Source: Nitrospiria bacterium
GTDB lineage: Bacteria; Nitrospirota; UBA9217
Direction: 5' to 3'
NCBI GenBank assembly: GCA_919901555.1
Contig: CAKKPG010000132.1
Location: 13,957 to 77,956 of the forward strand
Length of the DNA stretch: 64,000 nucleotides
Both the position numbers and the translations under genes were made by a program. A model generated the notes under the pieces. That model searched no databases, was not told the origin of the DNA, and saw only the letters and a program-made list of their open reading frames with translations. Below are positions 19,737-28,500 of this stretch, piece after piece; the first letter of the stretch is position 1; every line of letters starts with the position of its first letter.

Positions 19737-21305
19737 CTAAGGGGCGTGGCGTTTTTGCCGTGCCCCTCTTGGGCGCTTGGTTAAATACTGCGCTTGTTTC
19801 TCAAAGACGAGCAGACCTTGCTGGCTCTCAAACATCGCGGCATCTCTGAAGTATGAACGTGCTTCTCTTTCCAAGCCGAGCCTTTCTGCCACTCGTTTCA
19901 AATCAATACGGTTAAGCACGTCGATGGTAACCGGTCTCTTTGCATCAAAGAACGCGAGAGAATGAAGGAACCGCTGGGAGATGTCGGAATTGAGCAGAAG
20001 GCTCGCGAAATTTGCTTCCTCTTCGGAACCACAAGGAATGGAGTAACAGGTATCGTCTAAAACCACGGGTTTGTTCTTGTACTTTCCGACGACCACGAAC
20101 CGGCAATTTTTGTAGAGGCCGGAGATTGCGACTTTCCACGGAGAAAACGTGTAGTTTCCGACACCGAATACCGAAAATCGTGGTCGCTTCTGATAGATTA
20201 TGCTCTGACGCCGGTCCAGGACATCCGCGTGACGCAGCAGGTAAGCCCACGTCTTTGGAGCAGTTCTCACAATAGACTCCGTATCATCACCGGGCTTGCG
20301 CTGAGTAACAAGAACAAAGCGTTGCGGTATAAGCCTGTCATTGGCGAGATCGGAAGACTTCAATAATGGAAAGAGGTAGGTCGGTTCAACCTTAATGTGT
20401 TCATCGAACCCGTTGACCAGAGTGTCGCCGGACTTACGAAACTCCATGACGGAAGCTGCATCGTGTTTCACGCCTGAGCGCCATGTATAATAGCCGACCC
20501 CGTCGAGATCACGCAACCGGTGATATCCGTCAACGTCCGCAACCAGGTCTCTGCCTACGAGACCGAATGTCGTCAGTTTATGGTCGAAAGAAAGGTCCGC
20601 GTACACCCCTGCCGTGGACAGCAGGTCCGGAACGCCGGTGTGAACAACAAGCAAACAGGCATCAACCGAAACGCCGAAGTGCATCGCAGCGTCTATCAAG
20701 TGAAGGCTTGCCCTGCCGATATTAAACCGATTGAGCCAGCCGTGCCGGAGCACTTTCCGCGCGGTTGATGTCTTACAGAGCATGGCCAGACTACCGCGCC
20801 GGCCATCGAGGGCTTCGAGGAGTTTGATCAACATCCATTCTGAAATATCGAAGTTGGCCTTGCCCGTCTTGGCGGCAAAGCCAACGTGATTTTGGAAGTT
20901 TGTTTTCTTAGGAAGATTGTCGCTTCCCAGGGCCCCAAGTGCGGCGTTGGTAACCCAGGGAGGGTTTCCCAGAACAAGAATTTCATCGCGCAATGATGAG
21001 AAGAACTCTTTCCAATTATAGGTGAAGAAATCCTGTCGGGTCACATGCCAATGAGCGCTGTTTGTATCACGGATTTTTTTACGCAAAGCTGAGATATAGG
21101 CATCATTAATGTCGAAAGCAAATATCTGACGCGTTTTGGGAAAAACATCTTGTGCCGCGAGCGCAAAACTTCCATGGCCGCAGGTTGGTTCTACGATAGC
21201 GGAAGGCAGAATACCCGCGTCGCGGAGGAATGCCGTAACAGCGTCGGCCAAATCGCGGGGAGTCTGAAAATCTCCAAATTCTATTTTAGTCTTTTTGATC
21301 GTCAT
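19737..21305 (-). CDS. Gamma-class N6-adenine DNA methyltransferase (R-M system modification subunit, possible type IIG-like with C-terminal target-recognition domain)
   Basis: 522 aa; FQTPRDLADAV (motif X), EPTCGHGSF (motif I, AdoMet), LVLGNPPW (motif IV NPPW) in X-I-IV order; low GC versus flanks. Confidence 0.8.
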   Translation of the reverse strand: MTIKKTKIEFGDFQTPRDLADAVTAFLRDAGILPSAIVEPTCGHGSFALAAQDVFPKTRQIFAFDINDAYISALRKKIRDTNSAHWHVTRQDFFTYNWKEFFSSLRDEILVLGNPPWVTNAALGALGSDNLPKKTNFQNHVGFAAKTGKANFDISEWMLIKLLEALDGRRGSLAMLCKTSTARKVLRHGWLNRFNIGRASLHLIDAAMHFGVSVDACLLVVHTGVPDLLSTAGVYADLSFDHKLTTFGLVGRDLVADVDGYHRLRDLDGVGYYTWRSGVKHDAASVMEFRKSGDTLVNGFDEHIKVEPTYLFPLLKSSDLANDRLIPQRFVLVTQRKPGDDTESIVRTAPKTWAYLLRHADVLDRRQSIIYQKRPRFSVFGVGNYTFSPWKVAISGLYKNCRFVVVGKYKNKPVVLDDTCYSIPCGSEEEANFASLLLNSDISQRFLHSLAFFDAKRPVTIDVLNRIDLKRVAERLGLEREARSYFRDAAMFESQQGLLVFEKQAQYLTKRPRGARQKRHAP

Positions 21306-21952
21306 GCGATACGCTGTACACCGGTGACCTTGCCGGCCTGCTCAATGACCCGGGCATACTGAAGCCGCCACTGAAGTGCGTTTGAAATGGTCAGATAGCC
21401 CACTTTTGGTCTGGTTTTAAGGATTTCTTTCGCCAATTCCTCAGCCTGAATATCGTCCAATGGTAAAAAGCGCTCCATCATGAAAGCGATAAGATCATCA
21501 TTGTTGCCATTATTGTCCAATATTTTAAGGATTCCTGTCGTAGTCTGAAAGTCCCCGGTCTGACCGCTTTCGATGAAAATTACGTGTTTGATATCCAAGG
21601 TGGCTGTGCGTGTTTTCCGTTCGTCCTTCTTGTCATAAACGAAAACCAAGAGAGAATAACCAAGTCCGTATATTTTCTGCCGGGCGGATTTAAAGGGGCA
21701 GGAGGATTGAGGTTGCCGGATACTGGTCACCTTTATGTCTATATCCAGTTCGGGGAAGTCTATTCCTTTCGCCGAGGAACCTCGCGCGTACTCGTATTTC
21801 TTCTGTAGCGCTGCCTGGAACTTGTGTTCCAGATAAGTCCCGACGGCCTTGCCGTCCGTCACACCGAAAAGTGATTTCTCCTTGTGTCCTGATTCCCGAT
21901 CGGCAAAGACTTTTGCTTCGGTTTTCAGAAGTTGGGTTGTAAGTTTTTGCAT
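21302..21952 (-). CDS. Putative restriction endonuclease or other PD-(D/E)xK-like partner of the methyltransferase (4-nt overlap with the MTase start)
   Basis: 216 aa; GIDFPELDIDIKVTS could be a PD..(D/E)xK core; translational coupling to the MTase. Assignment tentative. Confidence 0.4.
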   Translation of the reverse strand: MQKLTTQLLKTEAKVFADRESGHKEKSLFGVTDGKAVGTYLEHKFQAALQKKYEYARGSSAKGIDFPELDIDIKVTSIRQPQSSCPFKSARQKIYGLGYSLLVFVYDKKDERKTRTATLDIKHVIFIESGQTGDFQTTTGILKILDNNGNNDDLIAFMMERFLPLDDIQAEELAKEILKTRPKVGYLTISNALQWRLQYARVIEQAGKVTGVQRIA

Positions 21953-22218
21953 ATCTTTCTCCCGGTTTTAATGGCTCAATTCGTAGCTCGATCTTGGAGC
22001 CATACGGTTTTATTGAGCCACATATTGAGAAGTTTTCTCGACTTTATCGTAATTTTCATGCGAAGTCAAACAAAGAAAGATATCAAACCAACATAACCAT
22101 CGGATTTCTTTATAAAAAGGCCAATAGGGGGTCAACTCCGGGATATCAACAGACTACCCTCTATCCGAATCACAAGCCCCCGTTGTCCCGCCCTGTAATA
22201 ACCATGGGGTTCGTCGAG

Positions 22219-23235
22219 CTACTCTTTTGCCGCGGCGCGGGCGCGCTTTACGCGCTCTGCTGTGACCGGATGGGACGAGACGTAGGCAAAGGCGCGCTCC
22301 TCTTGCTCGTGTTGTTTTGCGAGCCTTTCCATGAGCGAAGCAAATGCCGCCGGTGAGTGGCCTTTCTGTTTGAGCAGTCTGAAAGCAAAAGCATCGGCCG
22401 CGGCTTCGAACTCACGGGAGTATTTCGTCTGCGCCACCAGGACCGGAAGGCCGGCGACGGCGACGCTGAGCGATGCGGCATCAGCGGTGACGGTGGCGAC
22501 GACGACGGCGGTAACGGAGTTCTGGAGCACGCTCCTCAGGGTATGACGAAGCTCCACATGCCCGATCTCGTGGGCCAGCACTGCCTGCACTTCATCCGGA
22601 GACTCCGCTGCCTTCACCATATCGTCCGTGATGACGATGGTCCCTCCGGGAAGAGCAAAAGCGTTCGCACCGATGGCCCCGGCGGCGCGAAACTCCAGCT
22701 GATAGTGGTTTTTCAGCGGCAGCTCGCTGCGAAGCCTGTCAAAACCGTCCTGGATGCCTTTCTGCGTGTTCTTATCAAGGTTCGTCGGCGTGAACCATCC
22801 TTGCTCATCCAGCCAGGCCAGGGCCTGCTTGCCAAGCGTTTGCTCTGTTTCTATAGGTATACGGGCGGCAATGCGCTCGGCCGCGGCCGGCAGGCCGAAG
22901 AAGTAGCCTGCAAGCAGCATGCATGCGACGATCGCGACACCCGCCAGCGCAACGCCCCACCGCTCCTCCAGCCACGCCACAGGCCCTTCGGACGGGCTTG
23001 CCTGGGGCAGCGACTCCAGAAAAGCATGGTCAGCGCATTGAAATTGTCCGCCGCTAGGAAGGGCGATGAAACGGTCTGTCTTGCCGATACGCGGCGATAC
23101 TTTCAGCGTATCAACGGCATACCGCCCGGAAGTCAGGTTGGCAGTCAGTAACGCATCCTGGCCTGTGAATTCCATGGTGGCCGGCACGGCAATCGGCCAT
23201 CGGCCGTCGTAGTAGTGCCCCTCAATGGTGATCAT
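22219..23235 (-). CDS. M48-family zinc metallopeptidase (HtpX/Ste24-like), membrane-anchored
   Basis: 338 aa; LAHEIGHVELRH HExxH motif, N-terminal TM helix; 4-nt overlap with the upstream DUF898 gene. Confidence 0.8.
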   Translation of the reverse strand: MITIEGHYYDGRWPIAVPATMEFTGQDALLTANLTSGRYAVDTLKVSPRIGKTDRFIALPSGGQFQCADHAFLESLPQASPSEGPVAWLEERWGVALAGVAIVACMLLAGYFFGLPAAAERIAARIPIETEQTLGKQALAWLDEQGWFTPTNLDKNTQKGIQDGFDRLRSELPLKNHYQLEFRAAGAIGANAFALPGGTIVITDDMVKAAESPDEVQAVLAHEIGHVELRHTLRSVLQNSVTAVVVATVTADAASLSVAVAGLPVLVAQTKYSREFEAAADAFAFRLLKQKGHSPAAFASLMERLAKQHEQEERAFAYVSSHPVTAERVKRARAAAKE

Positions 23236-24638
23236 AGTGAAAGGTCCACGTCAAAAAAGTCCACGGTCTCGGCCCCGATCGCCTCCACCGCGAGCAGGTC
23301 GCTTCCCTGGAATTCGGCGAGTTCCCCTTCCTGCAGGACCCGCAGATTGTCGGCCCGGTACTTCAGGGTCCGCATCACCGCCCAGGGGATCAGAAGCCCC
23401 AGTGAGGCGATAATGGAGAGCGCGTTGGTCACGTAGAGTTTTGCCATGCCTCTGCCGAGCAGGGTGGATTGAAAGCGGAGCGGTCCGAGCCGTGTATGGT
23501 TCCAGACAACGTTGCTGCTGTGCGCCTGAACGTATGCGAATGCCAGCACGTATCCGGCGTAAATCGGAACGAGGGCGAGCAAAGCAATAAGCTGTGACTT
23601 CTTTGTGAACGCCAACAGCATGGCCGCGAGCAGGCCGGTGCTGATCAGGAAAGCCGCCATGATCAGGCCTGATATAAAATAGACCTTAAAGAACTGCCCG
23701 CCGGTGGCGGAAAAGGCCCCATTCCTTCCGCCATAGGAGGTATGGCCGATGAGAAAGTTCTTGAGCCGCTTTATCCACCAGGGGAATGCGAAGCTGAAAA
23801 CAATGACCAGAACGGCCGCGACAGCGTATTTCCCCCACCAATTGAACATCGTTCCGAGGACGAAGAAGGGAATGAGCCCCCACACGTAAATCTCTTTCAG
23901 GGCATCGGCATATCCCCCGTCGAAATGAAAGGTCATGTTGCGGAAGGCGGAGTAGCGGGCGTTGAATGCTGCCGAGCGGACGATCACCCATGGCGCGAGT
24001 ACCGCTCCGGCCCCAAATACATAGGGCAGCAGGGAGGTAAAAAAGTGATTCGATGCGTAATAAACCAGGAACGCCGCCGCCGCGATCACGCGGCCTTTGA
24101 GGATCGGGACCGGCTGGCCCAGATACTGGAACGGCGTGCCGTCCAGCGTGGTGTGGGAGTAGAAATAGCGTTTCTTGCGCACCTTCGCCCATGCGGAAAA
24201 GATGCCCAGGGTAAGGAGCGTCAGGCAGAGATTCACGATCCAGATCCGGAAATATTCGCTCGCTGAACCCCGGAACTTGAGCGCCAACTCGCGCTGTTGC
24301 CCCGGCATTTCTTTGTTTCGCAATAAAAATGTTTCGATAGGTCCGGGCGATTCCTTCGCCTCCTGCGGATCGACCTTGAACGGCCTGCTTGCGTCGTAGC
24401 CGCATGAGCATACGGCCATGTCCTCATGATTACTTGAACCACATTGTGGACATTCCCAGCCCATAACCTTATCCGGCTTTCGTAAAGGTTCAAAAAGAGG
24501 CGCTGTGTCGGACAAAGGGCTGCCGCAGTCGGAGCAGAAGGCTGCTCCTTTCAAGAACTCCGCTGGTTCCCCCAAACGTTTTCTATGGTCGCAATCGGGA
24601 TTTGGGCAGAAAGGCATGAGTTCCTCTGTCAATAACAA
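23232..24638 (-). CDS. DUF898 (YjgN-like) multi-pass membrane protein with two N-terminal zinc-ribbon modules
   Basis: 468 aa; CPNPDCDH...CSDCG and CPQCGSS...CSCG ribbons, then two copies of the DUF898 unit (F.GSASEYFRIWIVNLCLTLLTLGIFSAWAKVRKKRYF...). Confidence 0.7.
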   Translation of the reverse strand: MLLTEELMPFCPNPDCDHRKRLGEPAEFLKGAAFCSDCGSPLSDTAPLFEPLRKPDKVMGWECPQCGSSNHEDMAVCSCGYDASRPFKVDPQEAKESPGPIETFLLRNKEMPGQQRELALKFRGSASEYFRIWIVNLCLTLLTLGIFSAWAKVRKKRYFYSHTTLDGTPFQYLGQPVPILKGRVIAAAAFLVYYASNHFFTSLLPYVFGAGAVLAPWVIVRSAAFNARYSAFRNMTFHFDGGYADALKEIYVWGLIPFFVLGTMFNWWGKYAVAAVLVIVFSFAFPWWIKRLKNFLIGHTSYGGRNGAFSATGGQFFKVYFISGLIMAAFLISTGLLAAMLLAFTKKSQLIALLALVPIYAGYVLAFAYVQAHSSNVVWNHTRLGPLRFQSTLLGRGMAKLYVTNALSIIASLGLLIPWAVMRTLKYRADNLRVLQEGELAEFQGSDLLAVEAIGAETVDFFDVDLSL

Positions 24639-24861
24639 AGATTATGCGAAAAACTATTTATCCACTCTCTTGTGGTGATAATAAATCAGCAAATACTGTT
24701 CCTCAATAGCTAATTCGGGCTGAAGCATGCACGTTGCAATAAAAATGCAACTGCCGAAAAGTACAGGAAGAAGTCTATTTTTTTCTAAATTCGTTGTCAA
24801 TGGAAAGAAACGGCGCGAGAAGGAAAGGACGAAAAATAAGAAGTGATAAAGATGACGGTGC

Positions 24862-25155
24862 TTACACGGCCATTTTTGCGCTTGACGATCTCGGTTGATG
24901 ATTAATGCCGAGCAGGCCGTCAATTGACAAATCCTCATCTATGAGCGGCCAATGGATGCCATAACCTGATGGCGATATTTCGTAGGCTGCTCTCTCGGCT
25001 GGCGAAGCTTTGGCAAGTCTTTGCGAAATGTCCGTGAGGGCAAAAGAATATTCCTTACCGTCCACCATTATAATTACGGTGTCATCTTTGAAGAGAACCT
25101 TTTCGATTTCATGGTATCTGGTCAATTTTGCCTCTCCCGTTGGAACTTGTTCCAT
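24862..25155 (-). CDS. DUF2442-family small protein
   Basis: 97 aa; LFKDDTVIIMVDGKEYSFALTDI..L..ASPAERAAYEISPSGYGIHWPLIDEDLSIDGLL resembles DUF2442; sits in an AT-rich islet. Confidence 0.55.
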   Translation of the reverse strand: MEQVPTGEAKLTRYHEIEKVLFKDDTVIIMVDGKEYSFALTDISQRLAKASPAERAAYEISPSGYGIHWPLIDEDLSIDGLLGINHQPRSSSAKMAV

Positions 25156-25379
25156 TCGGTCTCAATAAAGTCAAAATACTCGAAAATGATCTTTTTGACC
25201 TCTCGCTTATTGCTGCTATTCATATTATAGCTATGTGCCTCTTCAACGTCAAAGTTCAGACTGTCGAGCCAGAACTTGCACTCCATCTCGCCTTTTTTAC
25301 AATGAACATGTATTGGCTCATTACCTTCGTTAGAATAAAAGAAAAATCTCCACCCCATAACGAATAGTATCGTTGGCAT
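25122..25379 (-). CDS. DUF4160-family small protein (usual partner of DUF2442)
   Basis: 85 aa; MPTI..GWRFFFYSNEGNEPIHVHC.KGE.E.KFWL matches the DUF4160 N-terminal signature; overlaps the DUF2442 gene start. Confidence 0.55.
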   Translation of the reverse strand: MPTILFVMGWRFFFYSNEGNEPIHVHCKKGEMECKFWLDSLNFDVEEAHSYNMNSSNKREVKKIIFEYFDFIETEWNKFQRERQN

Positions 25380-25542
25380 GATGAATAATATTATACACCT
25401 ATAGACAGAAAAATAAAGTCCTAAAGCTTTCTAGATGTAATCTTCATATTTCCAAAATATGCAACTGTCGCGTAGGAGGAAGTATGAAGCACTCTGATGG
25501 CTGAGTCGAATCCTGCTTGAGAGCGCGCCGGAGCATCCAGCC

Positions 25543-28500
25543 TCATGATTTTATCTCCTGCTTCGCCTCCCGGTACCCCTTCGCCTGGTGCATGAAGGCT
25601 TCGAGGCGGGTGAGGGTCTGGGAGTCCTTCTGGCCTTCGTAGGCGATCGAGAGCAGCGGGATATTATCGAAGTCCTCTCTCACGCGCTTCAGCAGCGCGC
25701 CGGCAATGGTGCCGGGCATGCAGGTAAAGGGCATCACGTTCACAATGCCTGATACGCCCCGCTTGATGTAGTCGATGGCCTTGCCCACGGACAGCACGGT
25801 CTCGCCCTCGAAGGAATGATGGACATAGGGCGCCGCGGCGCGGAGGGTCTCGCTGATCCTCGGCTCGTGAAGGCTCCGGAGGCTTCCATTGAAGCTGCTG
25901 ACCATTTTATGCTCTTCCCGCTCCTGCACCCAGCCGGCAACGTGCGATTTGAACAGGTCGCCCCATGCGCGGTTCATGCGGGCGGCGCCCTTTGCCGTCA
26001 CGTTCAGGTAGGCCAACCATTCGGAGATGGGCGCCACCCAGGCCTCGCCGCCGAGCTTCTCGATCTGGCGCACGATGTTCTCGTTCCCATAGCGGTTGGC
26101 GCGGATGTAGATTTCGCCGACAACGCCGATCACGGGCCGGTCGCGTTCGTTGCACTCGATGGCGTTGAATTCCCGGTAGGCCTCCTGCAGAACGGGCAGC
26201 GGTTCCTGCCGTTGCTCAATGGCGTCCGTGAGCTTGCGCAGGGCCTCGCCGTACACGCGGTCCGCTTCTCCTGTTCTCTTTTCATGGGGCCGGTGCTCCC
26301 AGAGCGCCTTCTGGAGCATGTCCACGCCGAGCGTTCCCTTCCAGCAGAGAAGGGAAAAGTCCTTTCCCAGCACGCCCACGTCGCGGTACAGGGTCTCGTC
26401 CTGCGAGGGCGAGAGGATGGGCACCTGTTCCAGGCCGAGCTGGTCCAGCACGAGCCGGTGGTAGCGGTTGTACTGGCCGAACCGGCAGGGCCCTTTGCCC
26501 GAGGGCATGAAGAAGGCGCTCCGTTCGGGGTCGAAGCCGGGCCTGCGCGTTGCCTTGATCATGTCGCCCGTGGTCAGCGCCAGGGGATAGCACTCCCTGC
26601 CGGAACTGTGCTCCTTGCCGATGCGCAGCGTCTCGTCGTCCGACTCGGGCAGCACTTCCGCCTCGACCCCGCAGGCCTTGAAGGCGGCGCTGATCGCGTA
26701 GGCATGATCGGTCATGGGCGGAAGATGGACCTTCTTCCGGTACGGCGACCCGTTCGTCCGGACCTCGAAGGTGCGCACCAGCGAGACGGCAGGAGCATGC
26801 TTCAGGCTGTCGAGGAAGGCCTCGATGCGGGTGACGGCGCCCGCGTCGGCGCTGTGCTCATCGATCTCGAGCTGCAGGAACGGTTTGTCGCCTGCTTCAT
26901 CCTTGAAAAAATGGGTGATGAAAGAATCGGGCCCGCACCCGAAGTTGGTGATATACACGGGATAGAGGTTCGGGTGCTCGCGCATGAACCGGCCGGCCGC
27001 AAGGATGCGCTGGCCCGACCGCCAGTACATGTCCTCCAGGCCGTCCATCGCCACGTCGTGCAGCGGCAGGAAGTCCATGGGGATGGCCTGGATGCCGAGG
27101 TCCCGGATCTTGGCCGGGAGGTTCATGTTCAGGCCCGTGTCGCTGGTGTTGTAGTTCCTGCCGATCAGCACCAGCGCCTTCTCGTCTTCCCGGAGCGAAC
27201 CGAGCACCTCGTTGCCCCGCGCCTCGGCGGATCGGGCGAACTCTTTCTGGGCCCGCTCCGCGCGGTGCATCGCCCGCAGCACAATCCTGCCGCGCTTCCC
27301 GAGGGCCTTGCCGAGGTCCCGCATGCTCTTGATGAAATGCCGGCGGTCCTGGAGCTGGAGCACGGGCTCGAGGGTCCTGGTATTCCCGAAACTGAGGGAC
27401 GCCCGGGCAAGGTAGGGAAAGGCCTGGACATAGGGGCAGGCCTGGGTGCCGGTCAGCTTTTGGTAGGCCACGGGAAAGCGGATGTAGCTCGGCAGGAACA
27501 GGAGGTCAACGCCCTTGTCCAGGAGGTCCTGCAGATGGCCGAGGGCGACCTTGGCCGGAAAACAGGTCTCGGCAGACGTGGCCTCGAGCCCCTTGTTGAC
27601 CAGCGTCCGGTTCGTACGGTCCGACAGCACCACCCGGTATCCCAGCTCGGCAAAGAAGGTCTTCCAGAAGGGCAGATAGTCGCTCACATAGAGCATGCGC
27701 GGAATGCCGATGGTCTTTCCGCCCTTTTCGGGGACCGGAGTATCGAGCAGCATCCGCTCCCGTTCGGCAAAGAGGTCGGGCAGGACCTGGCGGTCTGATG
27801 CTTTTTTCCTGACATCATACTTCTCGCACCTGCTGCCGTAGAAGAGCGGCTCTTCGCCTTCGAAGCTCACCTTGCGCACCGTGCACCGGTTGGCGCACTC
27901 GGCGCACTCGAAGGCCTTGACGGTATAGGCCCGTTTGCTCAGGTCGAAGCCCTTGAACGTGCTCGGCCGACCGTTCTGCTCGCGCATGGCGATGATGGCC
28001 GCGCCGATGGCGCCCGTCACTTCATGGTGCGGCGGCACGGTGATCGCCTTGCCCGTGACCTGTTCAAAGGCCGATACCACGGCCTTGTTCGCCGCCACGC
28101 CTCCCTGGAAGAAGATCCGGCTGCCCACGCGCTTGCCGGCGACGACCTTCTGAAGATAATTATGCACGATGGAATAGGCGAGTCCGGCGGTCAGTTCCTC
28201 CACGCCGGCGCCCTTGTTCATGAAGTGCACAAGGTCCGACTCCATGAACACCGTGCACCGCTCGCCGAGCCTGCAGGGCGATGCGGCCTTGAGCGCCTTT
28301 TCCTCGAACTCCTGCTTGATCCGGATGCCGAGCCGCTCGGCCTGTTCCTCGAGAAAAGACCCGGTGCCCGCGGCGCAGGCCTTGTTCATCTCGAAGTCCA
28401 CCACCGCTCCATTATCGAGGCTGATGAACTTTGAGTCCTGGCCGCCGATCTCGAAGATGGTGTCCACCGCCGGGTCGATCTCCGCGGCCGCCGTTGCTTG

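Noticed and set aside
22357-23151. 264-aa plus-strand ORF and 21994..22356
   Set aside because: Antisense to the M48 peptidase gene; the 120-aa ORF spans an AT-rich boundary with no coding signature.
23686-24411. 241-aa minus-strand ORF overlapping the DUF898 gene in another frame
   Set aside because: Alternative frame of a gene with clear domain signatures in the chosen frame.
25816-27798. 660-aa plus-strand ORF (and 28951..29739, 28024..28434)
   Set aside because: Antisense to the giant activase gene; Arg/Gly/Ala-rich low-complexity translation.
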